A DNA stretch of 42,668 bases from a virus. Location: positions 1-42,668 of the IMG/VR virus record IMGVR_UViG_3300045988_131541; one strand, written 5' to 3'. Made by a program: the position numbers and the translations under genes. Below the pieces are notes generated by a model. That model did not search any database and was not told the origin of the DNA. It worked only from the letters and a program-made list of their open reading frames with translations. This document shows, one piece after another, positions 8,422 to 17,520 of the stretch; positions within the stretch are counted from its first letter, which is position 1, and the number at the start of each line of letters is the position of its first letter.

Positions 8422-11079
8422 TTATCCTCCTACTAATGCTTCTATATCTTTTCCTGATTGTCTTTTCATATCTCTTAAATTGTCTAATAATATTTGTCCT
8501 AGTTTTGTACTTCCTACGTTTACTGTAAGATTTATAGGTCTATCGCTATTTTCGTTATTATAATTTGATAAAACATCTTCAAACGTTTCTCTCATTATAT
8601 TTTGTGGGGTTGTTATTTCTGGGTTATTGCTTGCTCCTGCATATTCTCCGAAAATTGCTAGTGTTTTTTCATAAGCAACATTCCCCTTTGCTAATCTTGG
8701 TAATGATACTTCACTCATATAGCCGATGTTAAATCCAAATTTTTTTCCGCCCATTCCTGGAACCCAATCTGGAATGTCGAAGCTTAAATTATTCATTACT
8801 GATATTACCTTATTTATTCCTTTTACAACGCCATTGGCCATACCCTCAATTCCACCTAAAATAGAGTTTATAATTCTTTTTATTGTGTTCCATATTCCAT
8901 TGAATATATTGGTTACTGTAGTTTTTAACCCATTCCATACATTATTCCAGATATTTTTTATTCCATTAAGTACGTTTGAAATAGTATTTTTTATTCCATT
9001 TATTGCATTTGATATTATTGTCTTTATTCCATTCCATATTGTATTTGCTAACTGTTTTATCCAGTTCCATACGGTATTCCAGATATTTTTTATTACATTT
9101 AACATGGACACTATACTATCTTTAATAATATTAAATATTGTTGCTACTGCTGTTTTTAAAGCATTCCATATACCTATAAAAAATTCTTTAATTCCATTCC
9201 ATGCTCTTTCCCAATCGCCAGTAAATACTCCTATTATAAAATCTAATAAACCAGATAGTGCATCTATCACATAGCCAATAATTTTAATTATTTCTGTTAC
9301 TGTCGGGGTAACTATATTTAATACAAATTCTATTACCGGGGATAAAAAAGATATTATCGAACTTATGGCCGTAACTAATTTAGAAATGCATCCTAATAAT
9401 TTAGAAAAAGTTTCCCTTCCTCCATTGTCCCATATTTCCTTTAATTTTTGTGTTACTAATTCAAACCATCCTGATAGTGTTTCACATATTCCAATTATTG
9501 AATTTGCAAACTCTTGAAAATTTTCGCTTGAAGTCCACTCTTCTATTGTTCTATAAAAATCTTGAACTATTAAAAGTAAATTATTAAACCCATTCCACAA
9601 TTGTTGTATTATTTCGGTTCCGCCATTGTTTTGCCATGCATTTGCAAACGCAGTATTTATATTTCCTATAATATTAAATATGGATGTCAACGCCTGAAAA
9701 TATATACCTAAAGTTTTTTCGCCCGTTCCATTTAGCCATACTTCTTTAAAACTTTTTCCCATTGTTTTTATTAGTGTTATATTGCTGTTAAATGCATATT
9801 CCATACTTTTCAGTAATGGTTTACCATATTGACTCCATGATTTTTGTATAGGTTTAAATAATAGTAAGAGCTTCTTCTTTATCTTATCAACCCATCCCAT
9901 CATTTGATTATCCATTTTTGATAAATCAAAACTAGGAGCTGTTGTCCCTCCACTTCCACCATCCGAATTATCTTTGTCCGAAATATTATTTATTTCACTA
10001 TGGACACCTGCTAACGCTTTTGTTTCCTGTTTCGCTTTTTTTGCACTTCCAGCCATGTTAGCATATGAACTTGCACTTGCTTTTGCAAATATATTTACTC
10101 CTGTTAATACATAAGCAACACTTTGAATAGCTTTCATTAATTGATATACTAGATTAGTGACAAATTGAATTACTGGTGCTAGTACACTACCCATAGCATA
10201 CTTCATATAATTTATGTTTTCACTTAATTGCTTTGCTCCTGCATTTTGGCTAGATAGCCATGCATTTGCACACCCACTTAATATTGAATAAATTCCTCTT
10301 AATGAAAATAATGCCATTGCATATTTTAAAACATGTCCTAATCCGTTTTTTAAACCTGTTCCCATTCCTTTTATATTATTAGTTATATTTTGAGTGACTT
10401 TAGGTAAACCTTTAAAACTGTTTTTCATCTTTGATATGCTTGGCTTTACTTGGTCTATTTTTTGTTTAAATCCACTAAAAAAGCTAGTCAATTTTCCTTG
10501 ACTAATTGCTGTTTGATTTATTTCTTGTTTTAATTGTGTCATTTTGTTTTTTGCTTCACTAAGTTGTTTATTATACATTTCTATTTCAGTATATAATTTT
10601 TGTGCTTGATTATTTAACACTGTAAAATCTTTATTGTTTCCTAATGCATTATTCACTGTTGTATCCATTGCTTTATCATTAGGGTTTATTCCTTCTGGTG
10701 TTACACTTTTTCTAGTATCATCCACAATTTTATCAATCTGAGGATTTATTACGTTTAATTTCATTTGTCGAGCATTTATTTTTTCTTGCAAACTATCTAT
10801 TTGTTTTTGTACTTGAGATATTTGTTTTTGTGCATCTTTATTATTTACTTTTATTGCTATTTCATTGTTTTCTGAACTTTTCTTTAAATTTTGTATTTTC
10901 TTTTTCATAAAATTAACTGCTTGATGTAACTTACTTGTCATTGCTCTAGTATCTACTTTTGAAAAAGCCTCTTGTGCTTGCCTTATTGTTTGCTTTATAG
11001 CTGGTAAAAACTTTTGAAACTCTTTTAAAGCCTCTTCTACTTGTGCTGTTACAATTATCTCAATTTCTTCTACTGTCAT
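8422..11079 (-). CDS. Tail tape measure protein
   Basis: About 885 aa with an N-terminal coiled coil, hydrophobic central segments and a degenerate W-N-x-x-W-N-G-I-K repeat tract. Start moved to the ATG at 11079 (SD GAGGGTG), because the track start overlaps the upstream terminator. Confidence 0.85.
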   Translation of the reverse strand: MTVEEIEIIVTAQVEEALKEFQKFLPAIKQTIRQAQEAFSKVDTRAMTSKLHQAVNFMKKKIQNLKKSSENNEIAIKVNNKDAQKQISQVQKQIDSLQEKINARQMKLNVINPQIDKIVDDTRKSVTPEGINPNDKAMDTTVNNALGNNKDFTVLNNQAQKLYTEIEMYNKQLSEAKNKMTQLKQEINQTAISQGKLTSFFSGFKQKIDQVKPSISKMKNSFKGLPKVTQNITNNIKGMGTGLKNGLGHVLKYAMALFSLRGIYSILSGCANAWLSSQNAGAKQLSENINYMKYAMGSVLAPVIQFVTNLVYQLMKAIQSVAYVLTGVNIFAKASASSYANMAGSAKKAKQETKALAGVHSEINNISDKDNSDGGSGGTTAPSFDLSKMDNQMMGWVDKIKKKLLLLFKPIQKSWSQYGKPLLKSMEYAFNSNITLIKTMGKSFKEVWLNGTGEKTLGIYFQALTSIFNIIGNINTAFANAWQNNGGTEIIQQLWNGFNNLLLIVQDFYRTIEEWTSSENFQEFANSIIGICETLSGWFELVTQKLKEIWDNGGRETFSKLLGCISKLVTAISSIISFLSPVIEFVLNIVTPTVTEIIKIIGYVIDALSGLLDFIIGVFTGDWERAWNGIKEFFIGIWNALKTAVATIFNIIKDSIVSMLNVIKNIWNTVWNWIKQLANTIWNGIKTIISNAINGIKNTISNVLNGIKNIWNNVWNGLKTTVTNIFNGIWNTIKRIINSILGGIEGMANGVVKGINKVISVMNNLSFDIPDWVPGMGGKKFGFNIGYMSEVSLPRLAKGNVAYEKTLAIFGEYAGASNNPEITTPQNIMRETFEDVLSNYNNENSDRPINLTVNVGSTKLGQILLDNLRDMKRQSGKDIEALVGG

Positions 11080-11106
11080 ATTTTCACCCTCTTTCTTTTT
11101 AGGCAT

Positions 11107-11135
11107 AATAAAAAGCACCAGATTTAATCTGATGC
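11107..11135 (-). terminator. Rho-independent terminator after the moron pair
   Basis: Minus strand reads GCATCAGAT-TAA-ATCTGGTGC (9 bp, one G-U) followed by TTTTTATTAT. Confidence 0.7.
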
Positions 11136-11163
11136 CTTCATAAGTAAGTGTTTTTTTTCTTAA

Positions 11164-11733
11164 TTATTTTAGCAATTCCGCTTTTTTTCTTTCAAATTCT
11201 TCGTTGGTTATTATTCCATCTTCACACAATTGTTTATATTTCCTGATTTCGTCAGCATTTGAAATATTACTGCTTATCTTATTGTTTTTTTGCTCATTTC
11301 TAGCTTTATTTATTGCTTTTTTTATTTCCTCATTCAAACCTTTTCTTAATATTTTTATTATAAAAGTTTCTGTTATTCCATTAACCCTTAATTCTCCTGT
11401 TTTAAATACACTTATGTGTTCATCAATTGATTGTATATCTTCTATTCTTAACTGTTTTTCATTGGTAGTCCCTATTACTGAGTTACAAAAAATTATTCTT
11501 TTATTGGTTATTACAATCACTCCACTTAAAGTATTTTTTATTTGCATAGCTCCACCAAAGAAATTTTTTTGATTTCTAAAACTAGTATCAGTTTTTGGAC
11601 TTATAGAAATATTTGTTACTAATGCATATAATACTTCTTCATTGCTTTCAACTAATTTTTGTGCTTTTATAATTGCACTTCTATTAAGAATGTTATAAGT
11701 CTTGTTATTTTTTACATACTCTTCGATATTCAT
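11164..11733 (-). CDS. Bacterial PH (YokE-like) domain plus C-terminal SHOCT domain protein
   Basis: EEVLYAL..SGVIVITNKRIIF..IEDIQSI is a PH-like pattern. The C-terminal tail DEIRKYKQLCEDGIITNEEFERKKAELL is a SHOCT motif. ATG at 11733 with SD AAAGGAGA. Confidence 0.65.
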   Translation of the reverse strand: MNIEEYVKNNKTYNILNRSAIIKAQKLVESNEEVLYALVTNISISPKTDTSFRNQKNFFGGAMQIKNTLSGVIVITNKRIIFCNSVIGTTNEKQLRIEDIQSIDEHISVFKTGELRVNGITETFIIKILRKGLNEEIKKAINKARNEQKNNKISSNISNADEIRKYKQLCEDGIITNEEFERKKAELLK

Positions 11734-11788
11734 AATCAATCTCCTTTTATAATTATAATAATTTGCAAGTGCTTTTATCAGTTGTTTC

Positions 11789-12160
11789 TTATATATAATA
11801 AGGATTTGGTTTAAATAACAATGCTATAAAATCTATTATTATTCCTACTCCAAATAATCCACAAGTAAATAGATATAATATTCCCATTCCTGTTTTGCCT
11901 TCATAGAACTTGTGTGCACCTAGAAATCCTAAAAATGCACAAAGTATTATTGCCACCCATTTATTTTTTGGTCTACCAGATACTGCTCCAATATTCTTAT
12001 TCATATTGGTGTTAGTGTTTGCATTATTTATTACAACCTGAGGTTGTTCTCCTTTTAATTGTTCAACTTGTCTTCCACAGTGAGTACACATAACCGCATC
12101 TTCTGGAATCTTTTCACCGCAAAATTTGCAGAATTTAGTTTTTATTTGTATATCTTCCAT
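11789..12160 (-). CDS. Zinc-ribbon plus TM2-domain membrane protein
   Basis: CKFCG..CTHCG zinc ribbon, then the TM2 signature LGFLGAHKFYEGKTGMGILYLFTCG with two TM helices. Confidence 0.7.
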   Translation of the reverse strand: MEDIQIKTKFCKFCGEKIPEDAVMCTHCGRQVEQLKGEQPQVVINNANTNTNMNKNIGAVSGRPKNKWVAIILCAFLGFLGAHKFYEGKTGMGILYLFTCGLFGVGIIIDFIALLFKPNPYYI

Positions 12161-12194
12161 CTTCTATATCTCCTTTTATTATATTATATAAAGA

Positions 12195-12240
12195 AGTATA
12201 GCACTTTTATTCATGTATTTTTGTCGAAACTTGTCGAAAA
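12195..12240 (-). promoter_or_regulatory. Putative moron promoter (extended -10 TGcTATACT) with a tandem TTGTCGAAA repeat
   Basis: Plus-strand ttgtcgaaac/ttgtcgaaaa at 12221-12240. Minus-strand GTGCTATACT at 12195-12204. This is an 82-bp non-coding gap inside the tail module. Confidence 0.4.
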
Positions 12241-12242
12241 AA

Positions 12243-12563
12243 TTATTTTTTTTCTTTTATCATAAGAAGTCTCATCTTTTTTGTTATTTCTTCTGGTAAC
12301 TGAATGTATTCTTTTTCTTCATCTTGAAATAAATTTTTATAATTATCTCGAATAGGGATTATTTTTGGATTTCTCGATAAGCTATCTGCTCTTATTAATT
12401 TATTTGTTACCGCTTCCTGTAAATTAATCTCACGTTTTAAATCGTCAGCATTTTTAGCCAAATGAGTTTGGCAATAAATATTGATTTCTGAATATCTACT
12501 ATTCCAAAATTCAAACGGCTTCATACTAAAATAATATGCCAAAGGCTCTGTTGCATAAATCAA
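12243..12563 (-). CDS. Tail assembly chaperone, frameshift-extension (T-like) part
   Basis: No SD and only a TTG start. Its frame stays open upstream to 12764, across the stop of 12608..13054, and is the -1 frame of that ORF. Confidence 0.65.
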   Translation of the reverse strand: MIYATEPLAYYFSMKPFEFWNSRYSEINIYCQTHLAKNADDLKREINLQEAVTNKLIRADSLSRNPKIIPIRDNYKNLFQDEEKEYIQLPEEITKKMRLLMIKEKK

Positions 12564-12607
12564 TTCAATTAAATTATTTGCATTTTTTATTCTTAAAATT
12601 ATATCAT

Positions 12608-13054
12608 TTAGCCCCTGAAGCCTTGAAATTGTTCCTCTGCTATTTTGCTCATTGCATTCTCTGCTGATTTTTGGACTAATTCGTTCATATTCATTGTTGA
12701 TAAAGGATTTGATATCAACTCTTTTAGTTCTTTCTTGGTCATTTTCTTTTTGAAAAAACCCTCTTCATTCAAAGCCTCCGCAATTCTTAAATATAAATCG
12801 TTTACAGTCATTCCTTCTTTTCTGCAATCATCTATGAAGTCATATACTTCATCTATTGAATTAAATGCACTTTTCTCATCTTCTGTTTCTGCTAATTTTA
12901 ATATAATTTTAGCCAAAGCTTCTATATCGCATATAGCATAAGCTTTTGTGAAAGCTTCTTCAAAATTTTTATTTTTTAGTAGATTAGCTATTTCTACTAT
13001 TTTTCTTGTTTTTATTACTAAATTAATTATTTTATTTTTGGTTTCTATTATCAT
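12608..13054 (-). CDS. Tail assembly chaperone (G-like)
   Basis: Acidic, roughly 148-aa ORF between the major tail and tape measure regions. ATG at 13054 with SD AAAGGAGAG. Confidence 0.65.
   Translation of the reverse strand: MIIETKNKIINLVIKTRKIVEIANLLKNKNFEEAFTKAYAICDIEALAKIILKLAETEDEKSAFNSIDEVYDFIDDCRKEGMTVNDLYLRIAEALNEEGFFKKKMTKKELKELISNPLSTMNMNELVQKSAENAMSKIAEEQFQGFRG
12752..12758 (-). other. Candidate -1 programmed frameshift slippery heptamer T TTT TTC
   Basis: Minus strand reads GAG GGT TTT TTC AAA AAG. The heptamer has the X XXY YYZ form in the zero frame. The -1 frame opens just upstream, after a TGA at 12765-12767. Confidence 0.6.
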
Positions 13055-13076
13055 ATTTTCTCTCCTTTGCAAAAGA

Positions 13077-13110
13077 GAGAAGGCTTATTCTGCCTTCTCA
13101 GTATTTTTTT
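13077..13110. terminator. Hairpin/attenuator after the major tail gene
   Basis: gagaaggc (13077-84) / gccttctc (13092-99), an 8-bp stem, with T-rich flanks on both strands. Confidence 0.5.
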
Positions 13111-13163
13111 CTGTTGTGCTAGTTCTCTTTATGGTTCTGCTCCTAGCACTCAATTTTGCAGAA

Positions 13164-13622
13164 CTAGGCTGTGGGAAATCCTTTGCTTTCTGTTATTTCT
13201 GAACTTCTATAGATTGTTAATTTTGATTTTAACATATCATCTATAGCAATTTCACTCATTCCTATATAACATGTACCTGTAAAATACCATGTTAGTGGTT
13301 TTCCACTTTCTGTAGCTGTCTCTTCTGGTAATTGAATTGCCCAATACCCATTTGTCTTAGCTGTTTGAACTGCTTTTAATTCATCATATTGTTCCTCTTT
13401 AAATAGTATTTCTATTTCTAGATTTTCTGCTTTTTGTCTGCCTTCTGTTTGTCTTTCATCTGGTATGTCTAAAGCACTATATGTTATTCCCTCTGGTGCT
13501 TTTAAAAATTCTGGAATACTTTGTACGAAAGCTACTTGTTTTCTTTTAGTTTCATCTTTTAAATCTGCTAAAGTATCAGCATGAAATAATTTTGTTAATG
13601 TACTTGCTTTTGGTTCTGGCAT
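13164..13622 (-). CDS. Major tail protein
   Basis: 152-aa ORF with strong SD AAGGAGG, placed between the connector genes and the chaperones. The call rests mainly on position. Confidence 0.6.
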   Translation of the reverse strand: MPEPKASTLTKLFHADTLADLKDETKRKQVAFVQSIPEFLKAPEGITYSALDIPDERQTEGRQKAENLEIEILFKEEQYDELKAVQTAKTNGYWAIQLPEETATESGKPLTWYFTGTCYIGMSEIAIDDMLKSKLTIYRSSEITESKGFPTA

Positions 13623-13638
13623 TTTTTATTCCTCCTTA

Positions 13639-14028
13639 TTATCTTATAAAATTAAAAGAACTCGTTATAGAATTATAACGAACTTCAAAAGTTATTGTTA
13701 TACCATATTTTTGCAGTATCAGGTCATATACTGCAGGACTGGTATTAGTCCTTATTAAATTTAATTCTTGAAGTCTTGTACTAACTTCATCTGTCATTTG
13801 CATTGCTTGTCTTTGTTTTTCATTCCAACAAGTGATTGATATTTGAAATGTAGAACGAATAGGAAATGCGTTTTCTGTTAGATTTACTGATTTCAAAGGT
13901 GTATGCAATTCCAATATAGGAAATTTACTTTCTGTATTTGGATTACTTAAAATCGGTTTATTCTTATACAAATTTTCTAGCTTTTCATATACTAAATCGC
14001 TAAAGTCCTTTATACTTAAATCTTTCAT
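13639..14028 (-). CDS. Tail terminator / tail completion protein (call by position)
   Basis: About 129 aa. TAATG-coupled to the upstream gene. Confidence 0.4.
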   Translation of the reverse strand: MKDLSIKDFSDLVYEKLENLYKNKPILSNPNTESKFPILELHTPLKSVNLTENAFPIRSTFQISITCWNEKQRQAMQMTDEVSTRLQELNLIRTNTSPAVYDLILQKYGITITFEVRYNSITSSFNFIR

Positions 14029-14567
14029 TATTTGCATACCTCCTTCAACATTTCATCTAATTTTTTCTTGACTATTTCTGTATTTTCATTTCTACTTTCA
14101 AATTCAGCATCTCCCATAAAGTGGTTTGCTTTAGTTCCATGAGCAATATAAAAATCCATACCTTGAATATTTACAACTGGGTATGGCAATGCTTTTTCAA
14201 CTTTACTTACTGGAATAAACCATTCTGTGTAACCACTCTCTAAAAAATGTTTTGATTTTCCAACATGTTCCATCTCAGCATTAGCGCCTGTCCCAAAGTA
14301 TTCAAAAAACAAATAGGATGCTCCATTTGCCATAAATTTAGAAGGGTCAGCAAAAACCCTTCCTTTCACTTCTTTGGTTGACATATCAATCATTTCGACT
14401 AATATGCCTTCTTCATTATGTCCTTTTTCCAACCTTATAGCGTAACCTCTAATGTTTTTTAATACATCTTCTATTATTATTTTTGCAGTTTGTGGTAATT
14501 TTTGAATTATAGCATCTATATTTTTAAAATTATGTTTTACTTTTATATTACAATTGAAATTTATCAT
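14028..14567 (-). CDS. Head-tail joining protein (HK97 gp10-like, by position)
   Basis: 179-aa ORF in the connector block, overlapping its neighbours. Confidence 0.45.
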   Translation of the reverse strand: MINFNCNIKVKHNFKNIDAIIQKLPQTAKIIIEDVLKNIRGYAIRLEKGHNEEGILVEMIDMSTKEVKGRVFADPSKFMANGASYLFFEYFGTGANAEMEHVGKSKHFLESGYTEWFIPVSKVEKALPYPVVNIQGMDFYIAHGTKANHFMGDAEFESRNENTEIVKKKLDEMLKEVCK

Positions 14568-14908
14568 TGTATTTTCTCCATTCTATACACATATGTACTT
14601 CCTATTTTATTTTTATCTAGTACTCTATATTCTGGAATAAACTTCTCTAATTTTGAGATATCTTCAAATGATATTCCATTGCCTTTTTGTATATCATAAT
14701 CTCTAGTCGTACGACCTTTATATGTACTATAATCCACTTCACCTGTAGACTTTCTATCTAACTCGTTGACATCTTGTTGCATGTTCAAATATGCATATGG
14801 CTTTTTTTTGCTCATTGGTTTAAATTTCCATACCTTTTCCGTTTCTCCGTGGTCTTCTATTTCTTCATACTCTGATATATATACTTTTGTTAAATCTCGT
14901 AATAGCAT
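14564..14908 (-). CDS. Head closure / head-tail adaptor protein (by position)
   Basis: 114-aa ORF with 4-nt and 1-nt overlaps with its neighbours. Confidence 0.45.
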   Translation of the reverse strand: MLLRDLTKVYISEYEEIEDHGETEKVWKFKPMSKKKPYAYLNMQQDVNELDRKSTGEVDYSTYKGRTTRDYDIQKGNGISFEDISKLEKFIPEYRVLDKNKIGSTYVYRMEKIQ

Positions 14909-15195
14909 TACTTGAATATCCTTATTGAAGCAACATCAATTTTTAATTTCTTTTCTATATCATTGAATGATGAAGAAATACTTCCTTCATTTCTTGATAA
15001 AAGACCTTCTGCACCTCTTGCATTGTATTCAGAAATAACAGCTTTTTTTATATATGGAAATAATTTTTTATCAGTTTCTTTACGATTAGAAGCATCACAG
15101 GCAATAGAAGTCATATCAGCTATGATGTCTTGTATTATATTATCTGTATCTTCAATATAATTTGCTCCTAATCTTTGTTTTATTTGTTCTAACAT
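14908..15195 (-). CDS. Head-tail connector protein (gp6-like)
   Basis: 95 aa. The N-terminal pattern IKQRLGANYIEDTDNIIQDII..A is typical of gp6-like connectors. It follows the capsid gene. Confidence 0.6.
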   Translation of the reverse strand: MLEQIKQRLGANYIEDTDNIIQDIIADMTSIACDASNRKETDKKLFPYIKKAVISEYNARGAEGLLSRNEGSISSSFNDIEKKLKIDVASIRIFK

Positions 15196-15210
15196 CTATT
15201 GCCTTCCTTT

Positions 15211-16392
15211 CTATCCTTTTGAGATTATTCTTGCTATAGCAATTTCTTTATGGTTATATGTATTTCCATCAGAACCTACTACTAAATCCCAGTTTGCTCC
15301 ATCTGCTAATTCTTCATCTGTTGGTGAATCTGTTGCTTGATTTTTCATTAAGTAACTAACACCATGAGGAGCCATTACTTTTCTTTGTCTTTCATATAAG
15401 TAATCTCTATCATTATCAGCATCTCTATCCATTTCATGAGGTACTTTTGCTCCTAAGTCTTCATAGTCAAATGCTCCTTTTCCGAAAACATAAGTAACAT
15501 ACTTAGAATCTCCATATCCTGAAACTTCATAATAGTTTCCAATATTTTCAACAGAAGGTTCTGCAACTGCTGTATAATTTGTTCCGCTTTTTGTATAATA
15601 TGTTTTTCCTTCTGTTAAAGTTTTATCAGAAGTTTTTGCATATATTGGGTCTCCCTCTTCTTCTGTTATTTCATCATATTCAATTAATAATTTTCCATTC
15701 CATGTATAAACATTTAGTTCTCTTTCAATTCCATTTGGGTCATTATATCTTAAGTTTGTTACTAATTTTTTACCTTCTAGATTTGTTACTATTACAGAGT
15801 TTGCTACTGCTAGTTTGAAGTTTCTTCTTCTATCTCCACATGCTTTTTGTAACGCTGTATTTAATGTTGTTTCAGCTACTGATGACTCAGTTTCTCCTGA
15901 TATATCATATGTGTGTTTTGAAGCAAAAACTTTACCTGCATCTGATTTCATTGAGAATAATGCTTTTGTTATAATTAATAATACATCTTCCCATGCGCTA
16001 TCCCAGTAATCTCCTAGTTGGTCTGCAACTTGACTCATAAAGTCTTTTTTAGATGTTACATCATATGTAAAGTCATCTTCATAAAACTTGTCTTTTCTAC
16101 CAATAACAACAACACCTTGTTTATATGTTGGTAATGTTTTTCCTTCATCATATTTTGTTTTTCCATCATAGTTTACTGGTTTGCCTTTTAATCTTCCTAT
16201 CATTGGAATTATTCCATATTCAGCACCAGTTTGTGATGCAAACATTTCTCTTATTTTATTGTTTCCTTGTAATACTCCTGATTTTATTAATAAATTTAAT
16301 CTTTCTTGTGGAATTGTGTCATAATAAGCACCGAATGCTCTTTCATTAAAATATTTTTTGTTAAATGTTCCTGTACTTGTAAAATCTGCCAT
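15211..16392 (-). CDS. Major capsid protein
   Basis: 393-aa ORF directly downstream of the scaffold gene, with a good SD. Confidence 0.8.
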   Translation of the reverse strand: MADFTSTGTFNKKYFNERAFGAYYDTIPQERLNLLIKSGVLQGNNKIREMFASQTGAEYGIIPMIGRLKGKPVNYDGKTKYDEGKTLPTYKQGVVVIGRKDKFYEDDFTYDVTSKKDFMSQVADQLGDYWDSAWEDVLLIITKALFSMKSDAGKVFASKHTYDISGETESSVAETTLNTALQKACGDRRRNFKLAVANSVIVTNLEGKKLVTNLRYNDPNGIERELNVYTWNGKLLIEYDEITEEEGDPIYAKTSDKTLTEGKTYYTKSGTNYTAVAEPSVENIGNYYEVSGYGDSKYVTYVFGKGAFDYEDLGAKVPHEMDRDADNDRDYLYERQRKVMAPHGVSYLMKNQATDSPTDEELADGANWDLVVGSDGNTYNHKEIAIARIISKG

Positions 16393-16411
16393 TTTTTATA
16401 CCTTCTTTCTT

Positions 16412-16978
16412 TTAATTTTTATATTTTGATAATTTGCAAAGTTCTTCATAAGTCATTTGACTTTCTGGTTTAGAACCTTCAATTGAATCTCCTGTTTGAG
16501 GAGCAGGTTCTTTAGAATACTCATTTATTGCTTTTTCTCTATCTGCTTTTGATACTTTTTCAAATATATCTAATTTTGAATTGATACTTTCAGCAGTTTC
16601 TCTTGAAAAATCAATAGTATCTATATATCCTAATGAGATACCTCTTTGATTTGCTTGACGAATTGTTTCGTCTTTTAATCTGTAAGCATTTAGTTCATTT
16701 TCAGCCTTATTTGCTCTTGCTCTCTCCTGCTCCAATTCGTAAGACTTCTTTTGGTCTTCGTCCATTTTTGCAAGTTTATCAGCCTCTGCTTTTTTGGCTT
16801 CCATTTCTTCTAACATTGCTTGTCTTTCTTTTTGCTTTTCAGCATTAATCATCTTGTTTACTTCATCTCTTGTATAAGTTTTTTCTTTATTTCCTTCGAC
16901 ATTTGATGGTTCAACTTTTTCTACACTCTCGGCAGTAGATTCCATATCTTTTTTCATTTCTTCATCTTTATTATCCAT
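16412..16978 (-). CDS. Capsid scaffolding protein (DUF4355-like)
   Basis: 188 aa, highly charged coiled coil (..TRDEVNKMINAEKQKERQAMLEEMEAKKAE..). SD AAAGGAGG. Confidence 0.8.
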   Translation of the reverse strand: MDNKDEEMKKDMESTAESVEKVEPSNVEGNKEKTYTRDEVNKMINAEKQKERQAMLEEMEAKKAEADKLAKMDEDQKKSYELEQERARANKAENELNAYRLKDETIRQANQRGISLGYIDTIDFSRETAESINSKLDIFEKVSKADREKAINEYSKEPAPQTGDSIEGSKPESQMTYEELCKLSKYKN

Positions 16979-17088
16979 GATGAAATTCCTCCTTTAACTT
17001 TTTCGGCTGAGTTATAACCAAACTATTTTGACTTTTTACGGAAGTCTAACCAAACAAAATAGACAGTTTAAAGCCATATCTAGGGCAT

Positions 17089-17116
17089 AAAAAAAAGAGC
17101 TAGTCGACTTAGCTCT
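17089..17116 (-). terminator. Rho-independent terminator inside the head module
   Basis: Minus strand reads AGAGCTA-AGTCGAC-TAGCTCT (7-bp stem, 17096-17116) followed by a 7-8 nt T run. Confidence 0.7.
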
Positions 17117-17145
17117 TTGATTTATAATTTTAAAATATTAATAAC

Positions 17146-17304
17146 TTATTTATTATCTTTATTCTTTGCTTTCATATATCCTTCTGCATAATTATATTTT
17201 AATACCCACATAGCTGGGCTAAATATTGTAATTACCGTAAATATAATCCAATACCAAGTTGGCATTTGTAATTTAATACTTAATATTAAAACTAATAACC
17301 ACAT
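17146..17304 (-). CDS. Small membrane protein (52 aa; below the ORF-track length cutoff)
   Basis: Hand translation: MWLLVLILSIKLQMPTWYWIIFTVITIFSPAMWVLKYNYAEGYMKAKNKDNK. The ATG lies 1 nt after the upstream stop. Confidence 0.45.
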   Translation of the reverse strand: MWLLVLILSIKLQMPTWYWIIFTVITIFSPAMWVLKYNYAEGYMKAKNKDNK

Positions 17305-17305
17305 A

Positions 17306-17503
17306 TTATTTATCCTCCCTTGTTACTCCTTTTATAACCCAAAATTGTGCTTCTTCTAGTTTAGTTAATGCTAATGATGTTTCTCTACTTGGTTTGCACT
17401 TTAAATCAATTTCATCATAGATAATTGAGAAACATTCTCTTATATGTTGTATTCTGTTGTTTTTTTCTTCATCTACTGCTAAATATTTTGCTCTATCGTT
17501 CAT
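17306..17503 (-). CDS. Small hypothetical protein (65 aa)
   Basis: ATG at 17503 with SD GAAGGTGA. C-terminal pattern SLALTKLEEAQFWVIKG. Confidence 0.55.
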   Translation of the reverse strand: MNDRAKYLAVDEEKNNRIQHIRECFSIIYDEIDLKCKPSRETSLALTKLEEAQFWVIKGVTREDK

Positions 17504-17520
17504 TTTTTCACCTTCTTTCC

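Noticed and set aside
8800-9200. A periodic nucleotide pattern (repeated ..ttccat..attcca..tttt.. units) that at first glance looks like a repeat array.
   Set aside because: It lies inside the tape measure ORF and corresponds to degenerate W-N-x-x-W-N-G-I-K peptide repeats. The units are imperfect and have no spacer structure, so this is not a CRISPR array or a non-coding tandem repeat.
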